The notes under the pieces are model-generated. The model made no database searches and had not been told where the DNA came from. It saw only the letters and a program-made list of their open reading frames with translations. Made by a program: the position numbers and the translations under genes. Positions 29,466-37,953 of a stretch of 55,106 nucleotides of DNA are shown piece by piece; within the stretch, counting starts at the first letter, position 1, and every line of letters starts with the position of its first letter. The stretch is from an uncultured Actinomycetes bacterium. Its GTDB lineage: Bacteria; Actinomycetota; Actinomycetes; Nanopelagicales; Nanopelagicaceae. The DNA lies in contig CAYRJB010000001.1 in assembly GCA_964424485.1 (NCBI GenBank), forward strand, positions 9,595-64,700. The letters are read 5' to 3'.

Positions 29466-30668
29466 TCAGACCCGGCCGCCTGAAGGCATGAGACCCTTGA
29501 TCGAATACATATTGGAATATTTAAGTCCACCCTTGCTTGAATGGGCTTCCCACATCATTCCTCCACCAGCATAAATTGTGATGTGGTGGATGTTCTGTAC
29601 GGAACCATCGTAAGAATAAAAGAGTAAATCGCCAGGAACGAGCTGGTTGAGGGGCACTCTCTTTGTGTCAACAAAATATAGGGCCGCATTTAATCGTGAC
29701 CAATTCGGCCAACCAAGTCCAGCAGATTTATAAGCGGCATAAACCAAACCAGAGCAATCAAAACTATTTGGTCCTTGCGCACCCCAAACGTATGGTTTTC
29801 CTGCACGCACTTGTTTTGCAGCATATGCAACCGCAACATCACGCATATTTTGATCGGAGCGGATACTAGATCGTCCACCATAATTCTTATTTGGCCAAAC
29901 TTTATACTGGTTCGGCGTATTTGCAGCCACCGTAGCTGCATTCTCTTCAAGAAGAGCAAGTTGAAGCTGTTGCTCAAGTGTGAGTCGAACACTTCTTGCT
30001 TTAGCAAGCTCTGCTGCTAATTTATTTTGAACGGCCTGTAATTTTGAAACTTCTTTCTGCTGGATTGCCTTAGCGTCATCAGCTGCTTTCTTCGCTTCAG
30101 CAACCTTTTGCGTAGCAACTTCTTGTGCAGCCTTCGTGCGATCTGCTTCTGCTTTGGCTGCTTTAGCAACAAGAGAGGCGGCTTTAAAACGAGCAAGTGC
30201 AGCTGAATTATTTGAACCAAGCGCATCGAGCGTTTGTAGACGATCAATCAAATCCTGAGGCCCAGATGCATGGAGGATTGATTCGATATCCGTAAATCCA
30301 CTCCCCATGATGTAGGCGTTTGTTGCCATTTTTCCAATTGTTCTATTGGCTGCATTAACTGCTGCTTGTGCGACTGCATAATGTGCTGCAGCAGCTTGAG
30401 CTTGCTTAATTGCAACCCCTAAATCACTTTGAGCTTTTTTGTATTTGGCAGCAGCATCATTTGCAATTGCGGTGAGTTGGCGCAATGTTTTATTTGCAGA
30501 ATCCAGTTTGGTTTGAGCTACTGCGGCGGCCTTTTTCCTTGCCGCTTCTTCGGCTTTTGCCGCATCTATCTGAGCTTGGGTTGGCTTCGGGGTTTTCGCG
30601 TATGCAATTTCTGGTGTGCTGGCCAGCAGAAGAGCAAGGCAAAGCGCAATATGGCTCTTCTTCATCAA
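29466..30668 (-). CDS. secreted NlpC/P60 peptidoglycan endopeptidase with long Ala/Lys-rich coiled-coil (RipA-like)
   Basis: Signal peptide (ALCLALLLASTPEIAYA), a ~230-aa coiled-coil region, and a C-terminal NlpC/P60 domain with catalytic Cys (FDCSGLVYAAY) and His (HHITIY). Confidence 0.88.
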   Translation of the reverse strand: MMKKSHIALCLALLLASTPEIAYAKTPKPTQAQIDAAKAEEAARKKAAAVAQTKLDSANKTLRQLTAIANDAAAKYKKAQSDLGVAIKQAQAAAAHYAVAQAAVNAANRTIGKMATNAYIMGSGFTDIESILHASGPQDLIDRLQTLDALGSNNSAALARFKAASLVAKAAKAEADRTKAAQEVATQKVAEAKKAADDAKAIQQKEVSKLQAVQNKLAAELAKARSVRLTLEQQLQLALLEENAATVAANTPNQYKVWPNKNYGGRSSIRSDQNMRDVAVAYAAKQVRAGKPYVWGAQGPNSFDCSGLVYAAYKSAGLGWPNWSRLNAALYFVDTKRVPLNQLVPGDLLFYSYDGSVQNIHHITIYAGGGMMWEAHSSKGGLKYSNMYSIKGLMPSGGRV

Positions 30669-30767
30669 TCTATTACTCCTATAACCCGGGGATCGGTGCA
30701 GGGTTAAAGGGTAAGGCGAAGAGTTGTGAAAACTGCGCCTTTTTAGCTGTGAATTGGGTTGTGTCGT

Positions 30768-31529
30768 CTACTGAGCAACATCTCGAGAGTAGAACAGGTA
30801 ACTAGATATTCCCATCAGGATTGCAACATAAGCCGTGCTCACTATCAGAGCTCGGTCGTAAGGAAAATCCTTCATCCCACCAGAACTCACCACCGCCATT
30901 GCTGCCCCAGGCATCCATTGATTCGCACTCTTTATTACCGATCCAATAATGCCTTCAATGATCAGAAACCAAAGCAAAGATGCAGAAATAGCAGACATTG
31001 GTGATTTCAATATCATTCCAAGCGCCATTCCAAAACTGCCATAACCGATGAGAGCGATGAAAGAATTAAGTAACAGTTGCATCGCGTGCTTAAGACCAAT
31101 ATTGCTTGTCCATAAATGTGTATCAAAATGTTGATAATTTGAAAGCACAAGAGAAGTGCCGACACACATAATAAAAGTGAAGGAAACAAATATCACGGCA
31201 AAAATTGACATAGCAAAGAATTTACCAATAAATAATTTCAATCTGCTTGGTTGTCTTACCAACAGATTTCGCAATGTGCCAAATGTGTACTCCTGTGAGG
31301 TTTGTGAGGCAAAAACCGTTAAGGCGACAAAACCCATAAAGGCCGCCACGGCATTGTATGAAGAAGTCATCCCATCAAATTTCATTAACTCGTCCCACGT
31401 TGCCTGATTCTTTTTCAGAAATATGAAGGATGTAAAAGAGAGCGATAAAGCACCAATAATGCCTGCGATGCTCAATGAAATGCTTGGCCTGCGCATCTTA
31501 CGTAATTCTGCTAAAACTACATTTAACAT
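30768..31529 (-). CDS. ABC-2 type transporter permease
   Basis: 253 aa with six predicted TM segments. 1-nt overlap (TGATG) with the upstream ATPase gene. Confidence 0.8.
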   Translation of the reverse strand: MLNVVLAELRKMRRPSISLSIAGIIGALSLSFTSFIFLKKNQATWDELMKFDGMTSSYNAVAAFMGFVALTVFASQTSQEYTFGTLRNLLVRQPSRLKLFIGKFFAMSIFAVIFVSFTFIMCVGTSLVLSNYQHFDTHLWTSNIGLKHAMQLLLNSFIALIGYGSFGMALGMILKSPMSAISASLLWFLIIEGIIGSVIKSANQWMPGAAMAVVSSGGMKDFPYDRALIVSTAYVAILMGISSYLFYSRDVAQ

Positions 31530-32449
31530 CAGTGCGCTCCCGTCATTGCGAAAAAAGTTTCTTCAAGAGTGGGTTGTTGGGCAACAATAGTTTCCGCAGC
31601 GATTCCAGCTTCATGTAACCTGCGATTAATCTCGGCTCCATTCTTATCTTGACACTCAATTATCAATGAGCCTTCATCAATTGTGACCACAAAGCCCATT
31701 GAAGATATGAGTTCGTGTGCTCTGCCAAGGTCCACCGTGTATTCAAGATTGATCCTAACTTCAACCGTCTTATCCTTAAGAAGATTTGTTTTTGGACCGT
31801 TATAAAGTAATTTGCCTTTGCGATACATGACTAATGTGTCACAAATAATTTCAAGCTCGGCCAATATATGTGACGAGACAAAAACAGTTGTTCCATTCTT
31901 AGCCAATTTTTCAATCAATTCTCTAATTTCCTGGATGCCAACAGGATCTAGTCCATTCGTTGGTTCGTCGAGGATTAATAACTTTGGATTTGGAAGAAGC
32001 GCTGCTGCAATTCCCAGGCGTTGCTTCATGCCTAGTGAATATGTTTTGAATTTATGATTTCCCCGCTCACCTAGGCCTACTAATTTGAGCAGCGAATCCA
32101 CGTGATCGAAAGAGATTCCACCGAGTTGTGCAAAAACTTTAAGATTTTCTCGGCCACTGAGCATTGGATAAAAGGCTGGGCCTTCAATCATTGCGCCAAT
32201 GGAATCCAAATATTTATCGGGCTGCCTTATGTCATATCCAAGGATTTTTCCACTTCCTCCAGTCGGCTTAATCAGCCCGAGCAGCATTCGAATCGTCGTT
32301 GTTTTACCGGAGCCATTTGGACCTATAAATCCACAAATACTGCCTAGTGGAACATTGAAAGAGACATCAGATACGGCGGTGACTGTGTCGTATGCTTTTG
32401 AAAGATGAGAAACTTCAATTGCATTGATGATCGCATTTTGATTCTGCAT
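31529..32449 (-). CDS. ABC transporter ATP-binding protein (ABC-2/DrrA-like)
   Basis: Walker A GPNGSGKTT, signature YSLGMKQRL, Walker B LLILDEPTNGLD. 306 aa. Confidence 0.9.
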   Translation of the reverse strand: MQNQNAIINAIEVSHLSKAYDTVTAVSDVSFNVPLGSICGFIGPNGSGKTTTIRMLLGLIKPTGGSGKILGYDIRQPDKYLDSIGAMIEGPAFYPMLSGRENLKVFAQLGGISFDHVDSLLKLVGLGERGNHKFKTYSLGMKQRLGIAAALLPNPKLLILDEPTNGLDPVGIQEIRELIEKLAKNGTTVFVSSHILAELEIICDTLVMYRKGKLLYNGPKTNLLKDKTVEVRINLEYTVDLGRAHELISSMGFVVTIDEGSLIIECQDKNGAEINRRLHEAGIAAETIVAQQPTLEETFFAMTGAH

Positions 32450-32504
32450 ATGCAGAAGATAACTAGATATGCAATTTGGTACTTAAAAACTTGTGGAAAA
32501 TTAC

Positions 32505-33347
32505 TTACAGAAGTGCGCCTATTACAAGAAGTAGAGAATAAGCGCTCAAATATGTAATAGACCATTGAAAGAGTTTGCCGGCAGATTTCTCAGATGAATT
32601 CAGGCGGATAAGTTGATGGCTGAATCCATATGCCAATAGAACAGTAATTGCAGAAATCCATAACGGTAAATGTGCGCTGAAATTAACTAGAAGCGAAGAG
32701 AGAACCATTCCAATGGTGTGAAACCACATCTGAGTTTGAACGGATCGAAGGGATGCGACTACAGGTAGCATCGGTATGCCAGCTGCTGCGTAATCTTCCT
32801 TGTATTTAATTGCCAAAGCCCAGAAATGTGGTGGCGTCCAAAAAAAGATTAGTAAAAAGAAGAGCCATGCAGTGATTGAGAGAGAATTTGTGACTGCCGC
32901 CCAGCCGATGAGAACTGGCATACACCCCGCAATCCCACCCCAAACAATATTTTGAGAAGTTCGACGTTTGAGTCCGATTGTGTACCCAACGACATAAAAC
33001 AAAATCGCTAGCAGTGTTAAGAGAGTCGCTAGTGAGGTAGTCCAAATCTGAAATATTGCCAACGATATTGCCGCTATTACAAAGGAGAAAATAAGGGCTG
33101 CACGTGGTGAAATCTCTCCCGAAACTAATGGACGTTTGGCGGTGCGCTGCATTTTTGCATCGCTCTCACGTTCAATCACTTGATTGAAAGCATTGGATGC
33201 TCCTGCCGCAAGAGTCCCACCGATCAAAGTTGCAAGAGTTGTGCTCCAAGAGGGAACTCCGCCCGAGGCAAGAAAGAGCGCCGGTAGCGTTGTTACAAGC
33301 AGAAGCTCAACAACTCGAAGCTTCATCAGCTCGATATAGGGACGCAT
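32505..33347 (-). CDS. ctaB: protoheme IX farnesyltransferase (heme O synthase)
   Basis: UbiA-family polytopic protein with an N..(E/D)...D..M.RT..RPL motif (NQVIERESDAKMQRTAKRPL). 280 aa. Confidence 0.9.
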   Translation of the reverse strand: MRPYIELMKLRVVELLLVTTLPALFLASGGVPSWSTTLATLIGGTLAAGASNAFNQVIERESDAKMQRTAKRPLVSGEISPRAALIFSFVIAAISLAIFQIWTTSLATLLTLLAILFYVVGYTIGLKRRTSQNIVWGGIAGCMPVLIGWAAVTNSLSITAWLFFLLIFFWTPPHFWALAIKYKEDYAAAGIPMLPVVASLRSVQTQMWFHTIGMVLSSLLVNFSAHLPLWISAITVLLAYGFSHQLIRLNSSEKSAGKLFQWSITYLSAYSLLLVIGALL

Positions 33348-33364
33348 CTGAGAAGAGTACCGCT

Positions 33365-34528
33365 CTACAACGTAGGGACAGTGGCTGTGTCTGCAGGTAT
33401 CGCAGGCGCAACATATGGTTTTGCAATTGTTGCTAGTAATTTATCGATAGCTTGCCGAGCATTCGCTCGATAGCTCTCCCTATTCCGAAGCCCCGAAGCA
33501 ATGATTGCAAAATCGTATTGTTCCTCACCAACTTGAACAAAACCAGCGAGGGCAACAGAAGTATTTATCCAACCGGTCTTTGCATGCACCAAACCTGCAG
33601 CAGAAGCCCCAGATTTCAGAAATCTATGGCGAAGTGTTCCGGTTTCACCTGCAGTTGGTAATCCTTGATAGATATCAGCAAGAGCTGGTGTCGAGTGAAT
33701 GACGCGCAGCAAACGTGCAACGGATTCAGCAGTCACGCGATTTTCATGTGAAAGTCCGGCACCGTCGACAAAATTTAAACCTTCGGTCGGGATTTGCATA
33801 CTTTTAAGCATTTCGGTGAGCGACATATTTATTCCGCTGGCATCTGTTGTAAGACCTTTAGCTCTTGCGGACATCTGCGCTAGTCGTGCAGCAATTAAGT
33901 TGTCACTCCACAGTAATGTGTATTGAACAATCTCTCCCAATTTTGGAGATGTTATGGTCCCAACATTAGCCGTTGACATTGCTTCGAGTTCAGAAGTTGA
34001 AGAATGCATATGTGGATAAATCTTGTACTTACCTTTGAAATATTTTTTAAGCATTTCAATATCTTGTGCATAAAGGTCTTTATATTCTAAAGAAATTGCA
34101 TGGACTCCAGGAGCATCGGCCATAGCCTTTGAAACAAGCCAGGGTAAAAAGGCTTGCTTCAAACGTTTTGCATCTGCTGAGTCTGCTGTGAGCCAAGGAT
34201 CTCCGCTGCCGATAATGACAATCTTGTTTTTCTTAGCAGTTATATAACCCGTAGTTTCAAAAACTTTATCTGCGCCCAAAGTTCGTATGGCATCTGTCGT
34301 TGAAAATAACTTCATAACGGAGGCTGGAGCTTTAGGGACTGTTCCGTTTTTAGAAAACACAACCTCTCCGGTCGAAGGGTTCATAAAAACAATTCCGGGG
34401 TTATTAAGAGCCGAAGCTTTCGAAAGAGCTAGGAATGAGTTGGGAAGAGTAATAAGCGCACGAGCTGGCGAGGAGAATGCGAACATCATGCTCGTGATGA
34501 GCGTGAGGAGGAGAAATCGCGATTTCAC
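33365..34528 (-). CDS. dacB: D-alanyl-D-alanine carboxypeptidase/endopeptidase (PBP4, S13 family)
   Basis: SxxK (SVMK), SxN (SDN) and KTG (HAKTGW) motifs. A signal peptide begins at GTG 34528 (VKSRFLLLTLITSMMFAFSSPARA). The longer ORF to 34819 would overlap the divergent methyltransferase gene. Confidence 0.85.
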   Translation of the reverse strand: MKSRFLLLTLITSMMFAFSSPARALITLPNSFLALSKASALNNPGIVFMNPSTGEVVFSKNGTVPKAPASVMKLFSTTDAIRTLGADKVFETTGYITAKKNKIVIIGSGDPWLTADSADAKRLKQAFLPWLVSKAMADAPGVHAISLEYKDLYAQDIEMLKKYFKGKYKIYPHMHSSTSELEAMSTANVGTITSPKLGEIVQYTLLWSDNLIAARLAQMSARAKGLTTDASGINMSLTEMLKSMQIPTEGLNFVDGAGLSHENRVTAESVARLLRVIHSTPALADIYQGLPTAGETGTLRHRFLKSGASAAGLVHAKTGWINTSVALAGFVQVGEEQYDFAIIASGLRNRESYRANARQAIDKLLATIAKPYVAPAIPADTATVPTL

Positions 34529-34560
34529 GGGATGGATAGTAGCCAAGTTAAAGTTCGCAT

Positions 34561-35196
34561 ATGACTGATGCGGTGATTGGACCAGGTGAGTTCTATCCCG
34601 TCGTGGGAGTTGGGCCCCATCCATTGCCATGGCCAAGTGATGATCGACTCGATCCCGAGCTTCTAGGAAAAGGCGATCGACGGAATGTTTTGGACCATTA
34701 TCGCTATTGGAAAGTAGAAGCGATTGTCGCTGATCTGGATACCAAACGCCATGATCTTCAGATTGCAATTGAAAATTGGCAACATGATTTGAATATTGGA
34801 TCAATCGTAAGAACGGCAAATGCTTTTAATGTGAGCAAGGTCCACATAGTTGGAAAACGCGATTGGAATCGTCGGGGAGCTATGGTCACCGATCGATATT
34901 TACACGTTCTTCATCATCCGACTGTTGCTGATTTTAAAAAATGGTGTGATGAAAACCAAGTGCCGATTATCGGAATAGATAACCTTCCTATTTCGAAAGA
35001 ATTAGAGAAAGCTCAGTTACCAGAGAAATGTGTACTCTTTTTTGGGCAAGAAGGTGCAGGAATGTCAGACGAAGCAGTGGAGATTTGTGAAGTCGTCTTG
35101 GCAATTAGACAATATGGATCAACCAGATCAATGAATGCTTCTGCTGCTGGGGCTATTGCTATGTATGCATGGGCAATGCAGCATCTCAATCACTAA
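34561..35196 (+). CDS. TrmH/SpoU-family RNA 2'-O-methyltransferase
   Basis: SpoU methylase motifs (NIGSIVRTANAF; FFGQEGAGM; IRQYGSTRSMNASAAGAIAMY). 211 aa. Confidence 0.85.
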   Translation: MTDAVIGPGEFYPVVGVGPHPLPWPSDDRLDPELLGKGDRRNVLDHYRYWKVEAIVADLDTKRHDLQIAIENWQHDLNIGSIVRTANAFNVSKVHIVGKRDWNRRGAMVTDRYLHVLHHPTVADFKKWCDENQVPIIGIDNLPISKELEKAQLPEKCVLFFGQEGAGMSDEAVEICEVVLAIRQYGSTRSMNASAAGAIAMYAWAMQHLNH

Positions 35197-36122
35197 TCTT
35201 CAAGAACTTCCGTGACTGATTTCAGACGTCTCTCTATTTCAGTCGCCTCATCCATTCGACCAAGCTGACGTAATACCTCAATAACTTTTCTCTCAATCTC
35301 GACAATAAATTCAAAATCTTTCCATTCAGATTCTGTCGTGATTTCAAGAACTCGCTCGAGAGTATCTAGGCCGTCCTCGAGTGCACCACACAAAACTTGA
35401 GCCTTCCCCATTTCATACATCGAATAGGTTTCACGTCTGTGATCATGAGCGGTGACAAAAACATCGAGAGATTTCTGTGCAGCGACAAGTCCTGACTCAC
35501 CGTCACCTAGCGCTATGTAGCAATGTGCGATTTTCTGGTCGCAACGTGCAACGTTAATGACCTCTTTGAGCTTTTTGAAAATAGCACGAGCTTCTTGGAA
35601 TGCAGCGAGCGCCTCGATGTATTCACCAAGTTCGCGATGTGCACATCCAATGAGATGTAGGTCGTTTGCAGCTCCAGAATCATTGCCCTCTACAAGGTGT
35701 TCCTGAACGCAGTCGCGCATACATTCGATGGCTTTACGGAATTCTTTCGAACTGAACCACCACTCACCAAGTGTGCAAGCAAGATCAATCGCAATCGGGG
35801 ATTTTGTTTCTCGCAATAACTCAACAGCTTTACTCATTGCATGGGCCGCCTCATCCATACGCTTGAGTTGATTGAGGTTATATCCAATTGCGCTATATGC
35901 CTGGGCTAAACCATCGTTGGCTGACCCGGGTTCAAGTTCTGCATAAATATCGCGTGCAGTTTCAGCAAGAGCAAGTGCCTCGTCATATTGGCCACGTGCA
36001 TAGATGCGAGCGCTTAATTCGTAATAAGTATTGGCGCGCTCGATTCCCTGCGTCTCTGGAATTCTCTCCCAGAGCATTTCCTCAGTGACGAGGTCTTCAG
36101 AGTTCATCTCTTCATCGCTCAT
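35193..36122 (-). CDS. tetratricopeptide-repeat protein (cytoplasmic, function unknown)
   Basis: Repeated A..Y...G......G.Y.EAL..F..A helical-pair units throughout 309 aa, with an acidic N- and C-terminus. Its stop overlaps the stop of the convergent methyltransferase gene. Confidence 0.75.
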   Translation of the reverse strand: MSDEEMNSEDLVTEEMLWERIPETQGIERANTYYELSARIYARGQYDEALALAETARDIYAELEPGSANDGLAQAYSAIGYNLNQLKRMDEAAHAMSKAVELLRETKSPIAIDLACTLGEWWFSSKEFRKAIECMRDCVQEHLVEGNDSGAANDLHLIGCAHRELGEYIEALAAFQEARAIFKKLKEVINVARCDQKIAHCYIALGDGESGLVAAQKSLDVFVTAHDHRRETYSMYEMGKAQVLCGALEDGLDTLERVLEITTESEWKDFEFIVEIERKVIEVLRQLGRMDEATEIERRLKSVTEVLED

Positions 36123-36172
36123 GGCTAGACATTAGCAATAATGGCTGAGACTGCGAGGACTAGACTCACGCT

Positions 36173-36847
36173 GTGAACAGGCGGCAGTTTCTTAAAATTG
36201 GCGGTGGGCTCACGCTCACCAGCCTTCTTCCCTCCCGCGCATTTGGGGCAAGCGATGTGACTAGCGGACCACGCAGCTCAAAGAACGTGGCTCTCACTTT
36301 TCATGGTGCGGGTCCAATGCTAAATGCCAATTCACTCTTGGATATATTTAAATCAACTTCTACACCAGTAACAGTTTTTGCAATAGGTACTTGGTTACAA
36401 GAAAATCCTTCAATTGCGATGAAAATAATTGATGGTGGGCATGACCTTGGCAACCACACGATGCATCACTATGAAATGAAGAGGTTAAATGCCGCGAAAG
36501 TAAAGAGCGAGATTGCTGGCTGTGCAAATGTTTTAAAAAAACAAATTGGCAATCGCGGAACCTTCTTTAGACCATCTGGAACACAGTTTGCTACACCTTT
36601 GATTAGAAAGACTGCTGCATCTTTGGGATATAACGAATGTATTTCCTACGATGTTGACTCTCATGACTATCAGGATCCGGGTAAATCTGCAGTAATGAGG
36701 AATGTCATGGCAGGAATAAAAGGAGGATCCATTATCAGTCTGCATTTTGGTCATAAAAATACAGTTGACGCTATGCCCGACTTGATAGAAAAAATACACT
36801 CGGCTGGATTCACCCCCGTAACACTCTCTTCGTTGCTTGGAAAGTAG
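36173..36847 (+). CDS. Tat-exported polysaccharide deacetylase (NodB/CE4) family protein with atypical motif 1
   Basis: Twin-arginine signal (MNRRQFLKIGGGLTLTSLLPSRAFG). CE4 motifs HTMHH, RPSG, DSHDY and SLHFGH are present, but motif 1 reads TFHG instead of TFDD. GTG start. Confidence 0.8.
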   Translation: MNRRQFLKIGGGLTLTSLLPSRAFGASDVTSGPRSSKNVALTFHGAGPMLNANSLLDIFKSTSTPVTVFAIGTWLQENPSIAMKIIDGGHDLGNHTMHHYEMKRLNAAKVKSEIAGCANVLKKQIGNRGTFFRPSGTQFATPLIRKTAASLGYNECISYDVDSHDYQDPGKSAVMRNVMAGIKGGSIISLHFGHKNTVDAMPDLIEKIHSAGFTPVTLSSLLGK

Positions 36848-36849
36848 AA

Positions 36850-37953
36850 ATGAAAAAGATCTTCTCGCTCGTTTTTGCAATGGCTCTACTCATGCCATCG
36901 GCCACAGCGGCTTCTGCTTTAGACGGCATGCCACCTGTATTAGACCCTAAGGACATCTACTCTGCCGATAGGCCTAATGCTCTCTCCAATACCGTCAGAA
37001 ATTTTCCTTCTATTGCATACGTGCCTAACCACACGTCAAACACCTTGACCGAAATCGACATCAAGACTAAAAAAATCATTGCCACCTACAAAATGAAGCC
37101 AGGACCACAACATGTTGTGCCCTCGTGGGATTTAAAAACTTTATGGGTAAATAACAACAGTGGAAATTATTTAACTCCAGTCAACCCCGCCACCGGCAAA
37201 CCTGGCAAACCAATTTATGTACATGATCCATATAACCTCTATTTCACACCAAACGGTAAATTTGCAGTGGTCATGGCAGAAGCTGACAAAGAATTGGTTT
37301 TTAGAGATCCGCACACTATGGCAATAAAGAAGAAGGTGCCGGTCAATTGCCGTGGGCTCAATCACGCAGATTGGACTGCTGACGGAAACTACTTTATGGC
37401 TACCTGTGAATTCAGCGGTCAGTTAATCTGGGTAGATACAGCAAAACAAAAAGTTCTTAAGTATTCAAAAATTCCTCATACTTATTCAACCAATCCGATG
37501 CCACAAGATGTCAAGATTTCACCAGATGGTTCTACGTTTTATGTTGCAGATATGATGTCTAACGGCGTCTGGGTGATTCCTACCAATGATTTTGGAAGTT
37601 ATTCGTTTATCAAGACCGGAAAACAAGCGCATGGCATTTATGTCACAAGAGATTCTAAAGATGCCTTAATCACAAATAGGGGCGAAGGATCCGTCTCCGT
37701 TCTCCGTTTCAGCGATAAAAAGATTGTTTCGAAATGGAAAATCCCAGGTGGGGGCTCTCCTGATATGGGAGGTATCACTGCTGATGGAAAGGAATTTTGG
37801 GTATCTGGCAGAAACAATGGAGTTGTTTATGTCTTTGACATTGCTCAAGGAAAATTTATTAAAAAGATTAAAGTTGGCAATGAACCTCACGGTCTTGCGG
37901 TGTATCCACAACCCGGAAGATATTCGATAGGCCATACTGGAATATTTAGATAA
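36850..37953 (+). CDS. secreted beta-propeller protein (YncE/YVTN-repeat-like)
   Basis: Sec signal peptide (MKKIFSLVFAMALLMPSATAASA). Repeated ~40-aa units with P.G...S/TPDG...YV.N motifs. The start is 3 nt after the deacetylase stop, and the stop overlaps the next start (TAATG). Confidence 0.75.
   Translation: MKKIFSLVFAMALLMPSATAASALDGMPPVLDPKDIYSADRPNALSNTVRNFPSIAYVPNHTSNTLTEIDIKTKKIIATYKMKPGPQHVVPSWDLKTLWVNNNSGNYLTPVNPATGKPGKPIYVHDPYNLYFTPNGKFAVVMAEADKELVFRDPHTMAIKKKVPVNCRGLNHADWTADGNYFMATCEFSGQLIWVDTAKQKVLKYSKIPHTYSTNPMPQDVKISPDGSTFYVADMMSNGVWVIPTNDFGSYSFIKTGKQAHGIYVTRDSKDALITNRGEGSVSVLRFSDKKIVSKWKIPGGGSPDMGGITADGKEFWVSGRNNGVVYVFDIAQGKFIKKIKVGNEPHGLAVYPQPGRYSIGHTGIFR

Noticed and set aside
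29900-30600. Repetitive GCA/GCT/AAA-rich DNA suggestive of tandem repeats
   Set aside because: It is the coding sequence of the Ala/Lys/Gln-rich coiled-coil of the RipA-like protein. I found no exact DNA repeat unit.
30669-30767. Possible c-di-AMP (ydaO-type) riboswitch upstream of the RipA-like NlpC/P60 gene, as seen before some actinobacterial cell-wall hydrolase genes
   Set aside because: The leader is only 99 nt, and I could not find the characteristic pseudo-two-fold conserved segments. A weak hairpin (AAGGCG...CGCCTT) is more simply the end of the upstream ABC-2 operon.
34529-34819. 97-codon N-terminal extension of the PBP4 ORF
   Set aside because: It would overlap the divergent TrmH-like gene by more than 250 nt and precedes an obvious signal peptide that starts at GTG 34528.
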